A stretch of 64,000 nt of DNA from Marsupella aquatica (taxonomy: Eukaryota; Plantae; Marchantiophyta), in the NCBI GenBank assembly GCA_973895155.1, contig OZ316891.1, positions 27,255,561 through 27,319,560 of the forward strand. Direction: 5' to 3'. Below are positions 51,585-62,959 of the stretch, one piece after another. The notes beneath the pieces were generated by a model. The model searched no databases and was not told the DNA's origin. It saw only the letters and a program-made list of their open reading frames with translations. Position 1 is the stretch's first letter. Each line of letters starts with the position of its first letter. A program made the translations under genes and the position numbers.

Positions 51585-54324
51585 TGGAATGCCCTTATTG
51601 TACTGGGCGAACTGCCAAAACGGTGGAGGGGTTTGGAGAAACTAATTTTTCCGAACTCCTGAGGGGCTCGAAACTGGGGCATAGTAGGGCACAAATACAA
51701 AGGGGGAATATGGGGCTTCACTAGGACAACAAAAAAGTAGGGAGTAAGCAAAAACTTCAAAGGGAGGAAAACTTTAGCAATAAGGACAAAAACCAATGAC
51801 TCTGAGGAGCGTCTCTTACATCAAGGCATTGTGCTCTTCATCAGCACAATCAACAAGAAATGTTGAGGGCATCCACGGGTCCTATAATTTGAGAACTTCA
51901 GTCCTCGTTCGTTCAACAGCTCCTTTGGCAGCCTGAAGAACAATCCACAAATCTGTTTTTGCCTTGGATTCTGTCATTTGGCTCCTGGTAAAATAGTACA
52001 TTGCCACCATTTGCCTCAACCCACAACTTCAAACCCATAGAATCGTCTGAACTCCAATGTTTGTATAATTGTCTGTTCACCTCCCTTTGCACATTGTGTA
52101 TATCTTTAAGGGACAAACACATATCTTTGGACCAAATGACCTGACCATCATCTGTTGGATGTCTGTCCGATACTGAACTCTGAGTTCCTCTCTGTGCATT
52201 TTCATGATGCCTCGGGGAGACACCCTAGTCCTTAGCAGCCTCTCAATACTTTCCTTGAGCTCCATTGAGATCCGTGGAGCAATGTGAGCACAATGTTGTA
52301 ATGTTGTTGGGTCATGCAAACCATGGCATATTTCTTGTGCATTGTCCTTGTGTTGGTTGCAATGCATCCGTAGCAGCACATCATGAGGTCGTTCCCTATA
52401 CTTGAAGATGGCAGTGAAGTGCCATCTACACCCCCTTCTGAAACTAGCTCCAATTTCTGTAGTCCTTCTCATAGGAACCTGTCTTGTGCTTCCGTCTTTC
52501 CTTTGGAGAGCAATGCTTGGCTTCACATTGTTCCTGTCATCTCTCGGACCATAGCTACACCAGTACCTGACTTCTATGGTTCCAGCATTTTCATTCCTTC
52601 TTTCGGTACCCTGCACTTTGAAACAAGTGTTGAAACCAGGCCTGCTTTCTTCGCCCTTCAGAAAATCAAGAAGCCTTGACTTGGGAATCCAAGCTTCTTT
52701 CTTCACCCACTCCAAGTTGTCACTCAGAAATTTCCCAGGCCCAGGAACCTGAGTTTGGTCACACATGAACCGTGGGAGCTTTGTACCATAGGGCCATGAC
52801 ACGGAGTTTGGCACATCGTCAACCGTCCTATGTACATTAAAGTGAAGACGTCGATGCTCTGCCATTTGTATCTGAAAGTCCACAACAATGGAAATGAAAG
52901 AAATTAATGAAGCTCAACTGACAATTCTAGCAATGTGGAAATGCTGGCAGGGACTCTTTGTTGGATGGACGCGCACTGGTGTGCAAGGGTACCTTGATGA
53001 GAGGTACAGCAGCACCTGTCGTGTTTAATAGTCGTGAAATTTTATAATTGGCCTGGGCAGACGAGACAGACATCCCTGCAGCACTCACTCTGCACATAGT
53101 GTGGATATCCTCACGTGAATGCCTCCAGTTCCTTACAAAATGAAGATCCTCATCAGTGTCGATTCTTTGATTGGGCTGGACCTCTACGGAGAGCAGTTAG
53201 TAGTTGATCTCAAATCGTGCTTTTCATTCCCGCCATTTGGAATTGCCATTGATGTTGTGTGATTTTGGGTGGATCATTAGTGCTAATAGCATTCACTGTT
53301 CATGAGCCCATTATTTCCAAACAGTTGGTTCAAACCATGCAGCTAGTTTTGCGACTGTTGCTAAACTCAGATTCCTGCTGTTTTCCTCAACATGGCCCAA
53401 CTTTCACTAGGTGGACAATAGCACACTGACTACCCTTCACTCGTTTACCACATTCTCTTTCAAAGAAATAGATGCTGAGGGCCTAATATGCACATTGTTA
53501 CAAAGTGGCAAGGCATGCATATGGAAGACTTATAGGATTCCAAATTCCCTCTAGTTGGGTGGAAAGAATAGAGACTGCAACAATATCACTAATTTCACTA
53601 ACTCTGGAGATTCTTTTGTCCAAAGTTGAAGAATGAAATTTCCAAAACATTCATTTCAAAAATCCAAAAACGTGATCTGAAATTTCCAAAACCCAAAATT
53701 GAAGTTTCCAAAAGCATACTTTTAAATTTCCAAAACCTAGTCCCATTGGATGAATTACGAATTCAAAGACAATGAAAAAAGTACTCCTTCAAATGAATGA
53801 CTGAAATTACTCTTTATAATAAATGGGGCACTAACGGTGATGCCATACATATATTTTGATATCCCTTCATGGGACTTCATTGTTGGGTTTTTTGCTAACT
53901 ACAACATCGTCTTCCGCTAAAGTGACTACAAAGTTGACTAGACAACTACACATATTTGACTAGACAGCTACACTAATCATATCAAGAATATCTGTTCACG
54001 AACTAACAAATGAAGGATAGCTTCATCACAGACACCTATTTCTCCTCCTTCCTAAACTCTGTCCATCTTCCAAAACCTCGTCATAGACACCCATTTCTCC
54101 TCCTTCCTAAACTCTGTCCATCTTCCAAAACCCCTGCCAAAGCCTCCCCTCTCCCCTTTGCGTTCCGCCATAGTCCAATTGTGTCCGCCTTCAAGCCAAA
54201 ACAACTCCTCTTCTCCTCTCCTTTGACATTGGGCCAAACCGAAAGGAATGATTCCAGGGTTACGCATTGCCCTTTACCCCTCCCTCCAAATGGGGCTAAT
54301 TCTAATCTATATGAAACATATTCA

Positions 54325-55389
54325 CTAAATTCTATCCGTAATCTGAAGTACTAAGTCCTGCCTACTCTTTACTCTTGTGTTTATTCTACAGAATTTTGAT
54401 GTTTGTCTGTGAACTTCGCTGACTACCTTCACAAACTCCCTAAAATTTGTGGCGAATAGCCCATGCGCAGCTCCTAGGCCTTTTGTGCATTGATTAGTTT
54501 CATGCTCAGTGAAGTCTTCCTTACGAGACATCCACAATATGATCTCTATGTGCCGAGGAGTAAGTTCTGAAGTTGTCAGTTGAAGAACATCATATTTGCG
54601 CACTGGCCACGATGCAAAAAGCGAATTAGATTCCTCAAACCCCTGCAGTTGAGTGTATATATGTTGATATTTTTTCCGGTCTTCAGCTAAATTCAGACTG
54701 GACCATTTTGGAGTGTTTCGCCACAAATACACACGCACATCTCTTGCCAAGGCCAACTCTTGCAACACTGGTTGAAGTTTGTTGCTTATAAACGTATCTG
54801 CAAGAAAACCATTCTTATTGCCGTTGAAGCAATCACAAAACAACATCGAGTATTTGGGGTTAAAGAAACTTCTATGAGGTAAATCATCAAGAAGGATGGT
54901 GTTGTTGTCATTATAAGGTGCGCTTGTCCGATCTCCATTTAAAATGAGGTCATCCCAAATATTTTTCAGTAATTTCACAAAGCAATTTTTCCCTTTGTTT
55001 CTTCCAGCCCCATAAAATATCCCAGTTGACAAGGCTTCCACTTCAGTTCTCACAAAGACAAATCGATGCTTCTTGTTGGGAAACACTTTCTCCAAAATCT
55101 CATGCACATTATGATATACGACATAGGCCCATATCCCCACATCAAATGTCTGAAGACACCATTCAACGAAGCGCCGCATTCCCGGTCTTACATAGATGAT
55201 TCTATTCTTTAGAAACAATGTCTCCCCGTTTTCAGTATTTATATCCCTAAGAGACTTTGCTCGCACTCCCAATATTTGCACAATATGTAAGACGACATTC
55301 ATGTCAAGTACGAGCAGTTTACGAGGAACGGTGTTTTGTATAATAGTTGCCATATCGTATGTTACAATATCTGCAGAGTGACAAAACAA
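54325..55389 (-). CDS. FCP1/NIF-like HAD phosphatase domain protein
   Basis: KLLVLDMNVVL, YVRPGMRRFVEWC..FDVGIW, VKLLKNIW, NTILLDDLPHRSFFNP. Confidence 0.8.
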   Translation of the reverse strand: MFCHSADIVTYDMATIIQNTVPRKLLVLDMNVVLHIVQILGVRAKSLRDINTENGETLFLKNRIIYVRPGMRRFVEWCLQTFDVGIWAYVVYHNVHEILEKVFPNKKHRFVFVRTEVEALSTGIFYGAGRNKGKNCFVKLLKNIWDDLILNGDRTSAPYNDNNTILLDDLPHRSFFNPKYSMLFCDCFNGNKNGFLADTFISNKLQPVLQELALARDVRVYLWRNTPKWSSLNLAEDRKKYQHIYTQLQGFEESNSLFASWPVRKYDVLQLTTSELTPRHIEIILWMSRKEDFTEHETNQCTKGLGAAHGLFATNFREFVKVVSEVHRQTSKFCRINTRVKSRQDLVLQITDRI

Positions 55390-55501
55390 TAAATGAACAT
55401 CAATATCGTAAAGTCAATGCAAGAGCATAACATCAATTACGACGCATTGCAGCGTATGGAAAATCTGACGATAACCTATTCCACACAAGAATCACGTAGA
55501 T

Positions 55502-55770
55502 CTAACTCAAATGGTGACGATAAAGGCAGCTTAGAACAATATTCCTCCTTTCAGCATCCATGTCCTCGGCTTTGAAATCAATAGGCTTCTCCCTACTCCG
55601 GTAATCGGCAAATTTCATGACAAACACTCCGCAGTTGTAGTCATCGGTTTGAAGAGGGATGTCTTTACAATAGTTTCTCGGCCATGACAAAAGCATTTAG
55701 TTCCTTATGAGTTCTGACATGGCTTCATCGTCTAGATATCTTGCTAGGTTCTCAAGAACTTCAAACACGA
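55502..55770 (-). pseudogene. Ulp1/C48 SUMO-protease C-terminal fragment
   Basis: LENLARYL..DIPLQTDDYNCGVFVMKFA (oxyanion Gln and catalytic Cys). Confidence 0.75.
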
Positions 55771-56112
55771 TGACCGACCAAACGAGAAGTGTGACGACCA
55801 AACGAGAAGTGTGTTTTGATTTTGGCAAAAAATGGCAAAAAATATCTTAAATTGATATCAGACACACAAATTCTTGGATGAATGCAAAATTGGATCCAAC
55901 ATCGGATTCCAAATCGAGATACTTTTTGACAAAAAATGGCAAATCATCGAAATCTTTGATTTTAGAACAATTTATCCTGAAACAACTTTTCAAACAGAAA
56001 ACCCATAAAACAATGATTTTCAAGTCCTATTTCCGCACGCTAAATCAATTTCCCAGGAAAACCGTCAATACCACAAATCTCCATTTGATGAACAAATCAT
56101 TCCAACCAAAAT

Positions 56113-57891
56113 GGGATACGCTGTATCCCGTTTCAGATTCATCCCACTAAAATTAAACAAAAACAAGCTAAGTTGATCATTTGGCGCCTTAAGTTACCAT
56201 ACCGATTAAACTAGATTTGAATATTTACCAAAAGTAAAACTACGTACTGCAGAAAATTTACTAGCGACCACAGTCGACCAACGCAGTCAGTTAAGTTAAC
56301 CCAAGCAGATGGCTAGATATATTGTAGACCGTTTATTTCCCAACCACTGACCTCCATCTAAGAAATTAGAGGTATGAATACCAATAGGGATCCATGGATC
56401 CCGTTTTATTTCCCAAGTCCCAAAACAACTCAGCCAAAAGTCGGGGTGAATACGAAATGGGATCCACGGATCCCATTTGGTATTCAACCTTCCAAATTTG
56501 CCCTTGTCAAACACCTACGTCGAAAAATCAGCGTTTGAATGCCAATCGGGATCCATGGATCCCAAAATCCGATCCAACTCAAGAAACAAATAATTTTGGA
56601 ATACTCTTTTCTCTGAAAGATCAATTTCATTCTTGTTTAGAATGTGTACGGACCAATGAGTGAACGCCACGTGGACATCTTCCCAAAAACTATATAAGAA
56701 CAAGCTCGCATGTGATTCGATCTTCATTTTTTACGACTCATTTAGGTTCCTGAATAGTGAGTCTCTATTTTTTGTAGATTGTAGTCACTGGAACGTTCTC
56801 TTCCCCATAGGAATCCTTAGTCCTATAGAACCTTGATACTATCGATGGTGTCTTCAGGCGATGAGTCGATTTATAGTTCTGATGCATCTTCGCCAGATGT
56901 TGTTCGCAAATTCATTCCATCTTGTTTGATGAAGGAGCTTCCAGTCTCACATAGAGTTTTGCCAGAGATGTCATTTTCATCAGATTCAGAGAGTTCAGGG
57001 TCTGATTCCGAGTCTGGGAGAAGTGTTGTTAGAGCTCCAACATCTTATTATGTTTCTCCAAGCAAACCACTTAAACGGCGTTTGCTTGGGAGAAAGTCCA
57101 CTATCATACCCTTAGGTCAGACTAGTTCACCACGAACCCCACCAGATGCACCCAAACGGAGGCCTCAATTTCTAATGCCAAGAACGATGTTACCATGTAG
57201 GCCCGCCAAGAGATCTCCTTTGGTTTTTCCAATGTCGCATTCTCCTGGAGTCTAGATAGCTTTGTCCAGTGTGCAATCACAATTTGAGCAAATGAGAAGT
57301 CCGACGGTGCTAGAAGTGCCGGCCGCACGAAGAATGCCCAGAGGGATCCCTACTCAAAGTTTGCGGAATGGAGAGCGTGAATTGCCAATTTTGTCTCCTT
57401 CGCTACCAAATTCCATTAGTGGAATACCAAGTGGGATCCGTGGATCCCATTTGGTATTCCCTCCTAAAATTTTACCAAATGGCGAGCCGGAATTGCAAAG
57501 TGGGCAACCTTCGCCTGCTCTTTCGGGGGGAGGAATGCAAAAGAGGATCCGTGGATCCCACTTGGTATCCCCCCTGGAATTTTACCAAACGGCGAGCCCG
57601 AAGTGCAAAGCGGACAACCTTTGCCTGCTGATTCGAGGAGAGGAATTTGGAACGGGATCCGTGGATCCCACTTGGTATCCCCTCCTGGAATTTTACCAAA
57701 TGTCGAGCCTGAGTTGCGAAACGGACAAACTTTGTTAGCTGCTTTGGGCGGAGGAATGAGAAAGGGGATCCATAAATCGCATTTTGTTTTACACAACAAA
57801 AAATTGTCAAGCGCTGCCGTAGAACCGCAAGTGGGGCAGCTCTCACTTCGAAGTCCGAGTGGATGAATACAAGTCGGGATCCATGGATCCC
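56113..57891. repeat. Dispersed and tandem palindromes GGGATCC-NN-GGATCCC, some extended to ~40-bp hairpins; ~110-bp tandem unit at 57420-57800
   Basis: Cores at 56113 (variant), 56387, 56459, 56548, 57433, 57544, 57654, 57765 (degenerate), 57876; a further variant at 62908. Confidence 0.9.
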
Positions 57892-57908
57892 ATTCCGTAT
57901 TCCCATCG

Positions 57909-60900
57909 GTGATATCGCCTAGTGGTCAATCAAACGCCAACTTTGGGCTTTGGAGCCCTTTGGCGCAAATGCAGTGTGAGGTTGTTGGATCTTTGGTAGG
58001 ACGACCAGTTCAGAAGGGAGGAAGGAGATCAAGTGTCGCAAATGCTGTAGGTGTCCATCAAATTCCTCACAGGTTGTTGCGAAGTGCGTTGCCGCAAACT
58101 TGCCCCAACAATTCAAGGCTAGAAGGGAAACTGACGGTTGTTCAGAGACTATTCAATGGTCAAGATGATCCCTCAAGTCGAGATGAGACACCAAGGCAAG
58201 GATTACGACAAGTGGTGGATACTCCGATAGAAGCAAGGAATATAGGTAGAAGATTTCAAACAAGAAATCTCCAGGTACCACTTGCTTTTCCAGAAGAATC
58301 TGAAGAGGAATTGGAGGTGTCTGCCGATGCCGTAGAGGATGCTGTAGAGACTGTGGTAATTTCAAATATTGTTAAAGAGATCCTTGGTCTAGAGAGTGTT
58401 CACGAACCAGTCTTAGAAAATGTAGAGAGTGAAAGTAATACTGGAGAAGATCAAGATACTTTTGTTTTAACTTCAATGAGTCCCATGGAAACTAGTGGAG
58501 GTGTGAATTCTCCTGACACAATACAGGATAGAGTAGAGGTGAGAAGACCAAGCAAAAAAATTAGAGACCAGATGATTCGAAAAGATAGACTTATCAATGC
58601 GAACTTGAAAAAACAAAAAATTAAAGATATTTTTAAGTATTCCTGTTGTGACAAGTTTTGCTTGAGGTCTTTAGGTCTAGAAGAATGTTGGAGACAACAC
58701 AAGTATTATTTTGGTCTCTCACACTCACAAAAAAATATTCTTTTGCGAGGATGTATTATGAGTAATTATAATACTTCCCGTGGATATAGTGTGAATGGAC
58801 AAATTATTTGTAGAGGAGGTTTCAAGAAACTATATTCCATAGGGAATAATAGGTTGGCTACAATCCATGCAAACATGTTCACCAGGATTGAACGAGATAC
58901 TTTCTGCAAGGAAGACTCACCTTCATTTCTCAACTTGGTGGAATGGTTGAAAGATTTCTTTCAAAAAAACATGGATAGTCTTCCCCATAAAGAAATTCAT
59001 CACTTGCCAGACAATTGGACAAAGCAAGAGATTCATGAAATCTTTCTGGCCGAAACAATCTTGCGAGAAGAGCAATATGTTACATATTCTTATTTCTTGC
59101 GCGTTTGGAAGATTTTTTTTTCGAATGTGCGGATTCCCAAAAGGAGTCGGTTTTCCACTTGTGGTCCATGTACCGAATTCAAGGCTCTTCGAGACAAAGC
59201 AACAACAGAAGAAGATAAAAGTAAGTTCACTGTAACCTCACATTTTGTGCCTAAGTAAGATATTGACAAGTTAGACACAATGATGAATAGATAATTTATT
59301 GATTATGTATTATTGTATTATTGCAGGAAAGTATATCAATGCTCTTATGGAGCATCGAAGAGTACAATCACTCGAGAGGATGAAGTTGGCAAAGCATCAA
59401 AAAAAATGCTATGATGAACCCAACAAGTATTTGGGTATTTGTATTGACGGTATGGATCAAAAGAAAACTGAGCTGCCACATTTTATTCGCTATCCAAAGA
59501 ACATGGATGAGAAATATTTCATCCCGATACATGTTGTGGGTTGTCTTATCTTTAATAGAAAGCTTGCAGCCAAAGTATTTCTGACCTACCCCAACATCCA
59601 CAATGATGCAAATCTCACCATTCATGTTATTTAAAATATTTTGAATACATGGGATGGGATACTGCCACGGGTATTATATCTTCAATTGGATAATACCACT
59701 AGGGAGAACAAAAATAAGTTCTTGATGGCTTATCTACACATGTTGGTAGATTTAAAGGTTTTTGACAAGATAAAAGTTGGTTTTTTGTTGGTTGGTCATA
59801 CGCATGACCAAATAGATCAGATGTTTAGCAAGTTCTCATCTAGATTAAATAAGCATAAGGCATTTCACTTAGATACTCTCGTGGATATTATACAACTGGC
59901 ATATTCTCCTCAAGCAAATGTAATTTTTGTGGATGAAGTTGCGGACTTTAGAAAGTTTGTGAATGAGACCGACCAACCAAATGAAAATGGAGTTTCAGGT
60001 CTCATAACTATTCAAAGGCAATTCAGATTCAAGCGAGGCATTTTAGATGACAACGAAGTGACCATGTTTCATGGGAAATATCTATCTACAACCTCTGATT
60101 GGGGAGATGTGGTAGCGTTTGTGAACTACATCCCCACTTCGAGAATGTGGGTTGCAGCACAAATGTCACTAAAGTCAGCAAAAGGTGTTGAACGGGATGA
60201 TGATCTGATGGACTCAAATGGTGCATTATCTATTCTGGTGAAATATCAAAATTCTGGTTTTGTATCATTTCAGTATTAATGTGTATGGTATAGATGAATG
60301 CTTTGTGACCTTCTTTGTAGTCTATGATGTTTGAATCTGTGAATTCATATTAGTGTACATGGTATAGAAGATGACTTTCTGAAAATTTGTGTGAGGTTCT
60401 AATGTTAACATGGTGAATGGTGACCTTATAGAGTGAGTTCATTCCAAGTACACAATAAAACATGAATGGAATGTGTTATTTGTGCACAAGAGTGAGTTCA
60501 TTCCAAGTAGTATAGTGGGGTCTTCATCACTCATTTCCAGTTGACATGAAAGACTTGTACATACCCCACAAAGTGTCTACTTTAGTCGTTTTATAAACCC
60601 ACAAAGTATACTTAAAGACTAGCCTCCATAACCTTTTGAGTCATTCCCAATGACTCACCATCGCAGTCCATAAAAGACTGAAAAAGACTCACCAAACCTA
60701 CCCACACAAAGACTACAATAGACTGAAAATCCAGTCTATAAAACGACTTATAAACCAGTTCTATAAAGGACTCAGTTGATTATAGTAACAAAACATACGA
60801 CTCATAGTCCTATACAGGACTGGAGTCCTTCCCAGTCGTTTCCAAGTCCTATACGGTATTGAATAGTTGTTTTATGGGGTCTAAATACCCCCCGGTTTCT

Positions 60901-61560
60901 ACTAGTGAAAAGCAATTCAGGAGGGATTCAATTACTTTGACGATGAAGATAAACTATGGTGGATGACATTCTTTGAGAAACAAAATCATAATGTTATCAA
61001 AACCCACTTAGAGGAGGGTGAGTGGTTATTTGAATGGGTTTGGCCACAACGAAATGTCCACTCTTGGTGGTGTGTCAACAAATCAGATTTTGACGTCCGA
61101 AGGTGTTGACCCAACTCTAGTTGATAAAGTTGTAGGACCACACAGGATTATGTACTCAGGCCCTCGGCGAAAGCCAGTTGAACTTGGGGATTTCAAAGAT
61201 ATGGAAGTGAACAACAAATGGTCAATGATATGCGTAGCAGCACACAAAGATCCAGGAGGCAAGTTGTTTTGGATGGTGAAGGTGTCAAAGATTTTGACAA
61301 AAAGAGATGATATTCCGGAAAGAATCAAAATCACATGGTACACAACTGAGGCAAGTGCTAAGACTACAATTGATGGAAAATATTTTCCAGAGAAAGATAA
61401 TGTATCTAATAGACTCCTTCAAGATGAACTTGTCTTGTCATCAACAGCAATATATGCATACAATTTTGCACTTTTGACAAATAATCAAATAGCAGCAAAA
61501 ACAAAAAAGATTATAGAGGCTGCTATTTTAGAGAGAGGTTCTGTATCTTCAGAAGATTGA
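57909..61560 (+). mobile_element. Sola-like (DUF7869-type) DDD transposase gene with intron 59222-59326, one internal stop and an insertion
   Basis: CCDKFC..CRGGFKKLY; VRIPKRSRFSTCGPC; ICIDGMDQ; YLQLDNTTRENKN; VGFLLVGHTHDQIDQMFS; continues after 60907 as KAIQEGF..WWMTFFEK. Confidence 0.72.
60252..60907. mobile_element. Insertion in the transposase with one CACTA-type terminus
   Basis: Right end ggtttctactagtg is the reverse complement of CACTAGTAGAAACC; short subterminal repeats; removing it plus one AAA restores VKYQKAIQEG; no matching left TIR seen. Confidence 0.5.
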
Positions 61561-61749
61561 GTTTCATTTACTAATTAAATTACGTAGATACATGCATTAA
61601 TTTGATAACTCTATCTCTTATCACTTTTCTTAGGTGACATGCTTGTGTGGGGTTGTACCAATCTCTTGTCAGTGACATATAATTATAATCACATGAATAA
61701 ATAATCTCATATAAAAAATAAATAGTAGAAGAGAAAGTTAAGTCTTCAC

Positions 61750-62233
61750 CTTTTCAATGTCGATTCGATTAGACGAGTTTCATGCAGACCAGCAAGTGAG
61801 TCTAGATGATACATTTGGATCAAAGATTGAGATTGATCCAAACATATGACAACCAAACTCCAATGCCCACTCATGTGAATTGGCATAAGAATAACCTAAA
61901 TCTTGGAAAATGGAGGCTTGTAATATCCCCACATTTTCTGTATAGATTCTGCTAAAGATTTATGTGTTGATTCTGTTTCAATCCTTGAAACCATCCAAGG
62001 ATAAAAAAGGAGGATAATGTGTTTACCATTGGAGCAAGATCTCCATATTCTTCAATTTGGGACTCTGGGTAAAATTCCATAATTTTGTCACCCAAATATT
62101 GATCGGGTTCAAGTTGTTCCAGTGTTTCTTGATTGAGAAGATGACCAATAGAAGGGTTGTGCACAAATCTATGAAGAACACATTTGAATTCAATAACCTC
62201 CTTTGATGGACCCTGCAAGGACATTATTGTCAC
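61750..62233 (-). pseudogene. Ulp1/C48 SUMO-protease N-terminal/catalytic fragment
   Basis: LEPDQYLGDKIMEFY..SSFF; ILMPIHMSGHWSLVVIC..YHLDSL (catalytic His and Asp); internal stops. Confidence 0.75.
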
Positions 62234-62319
62234 ATAAGAACATATAAATCTCTTTCAGTATTTTCGAAAGTTCATATACAATTTGGGGCAATCTCATTTG
62301 CGACAACTATCTCAAATCT

Positions 62320-62874
62320 CTACACCTCAAGGAATGAGCCAAGATCTAGTGGTGGAGCTTCTGCTTCCTCTTCCCCCTCCTCCTCCTCCTCATCAACATC
62401 ATCATCATTCTCGGCCGCAGTTGTAATGATGCAAATTCTGGTGGTGAGAGTGCTCGTCATACCATCAATTGGTGGTTGTATCTCAAAACTCATCGGCCTT
62501 GTACCCTCCTCAATTGCTTCCTCATTCAAGTCCCATGATTCATCCAACGTGACTAGTCGAGTCTGGATGCAGTCTATTTGCTGAGCACTCAACTCTACTG
62601 CTGTCACATGTCGCTTTGCCAACAAAGCCCCACACGAAGTAGACCCACTTCCGGCACATAAATCAGCAATCCAATCTCCTTCACTAAAATGTTTGATAAA
62701 CCAGTCTACGAGGGCTATCGGCTTTTGATACGGATTCACTACTTCCCCTAATGGTGTTACACATTTCTTGGTAACACAGGGTACCTTGATGATGTTGATT
62801 CTTTTCTCATCATGCTCAAAATTATACATTTCCCTGGTCCTGATACCACCTTCATTATAGTATCCGATGGACAT
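62320..62874 (-). pseudogene. C-terminal half of a beta-class N4C/N6A DNA methyltransferase (N6_N4_Mtase-like) with acidic tail
   Basis: NPYQKPIALVDWFIKHFSEGDWIADLCAGSGSTSCGALLAKRHVTAVE matches HP.QKP..L...I...S..GD.VLD.F.GSG.T..A....R..IG.E; no DPPY/SPPY motif visible. Confidence 0.78.
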
Positions 62875-62959
62875 GAATCAGCCAAAAACGAGGGTTGAAT
62901 CCCAAATGGGATACGCGTATCCCATTCGGTATTCAACCTCTGGAATGCACGTTTGAACA

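Larger units (their letters stand above)
32284..52883 (-). mobile_element. Decayed MULE/Mutator-like SWIM transposase gene in three pieces (52883-51820, 43959-42838, 32952-32284), split by nested retroelements
   Basis: YWCSYGP..RRGCRWHF..CHG..APRIS; WMPSTFLVDCADEEHNAL, then GT-AG intron 51819-43960, then SLWPGVPIVLCLWHV; DTNGAVERWHATLK; SWIM CTCDSSIQGNTCKH; frame SIAMTKLKNW is restored across the Gypsy empty site. Confidence 0.8.
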
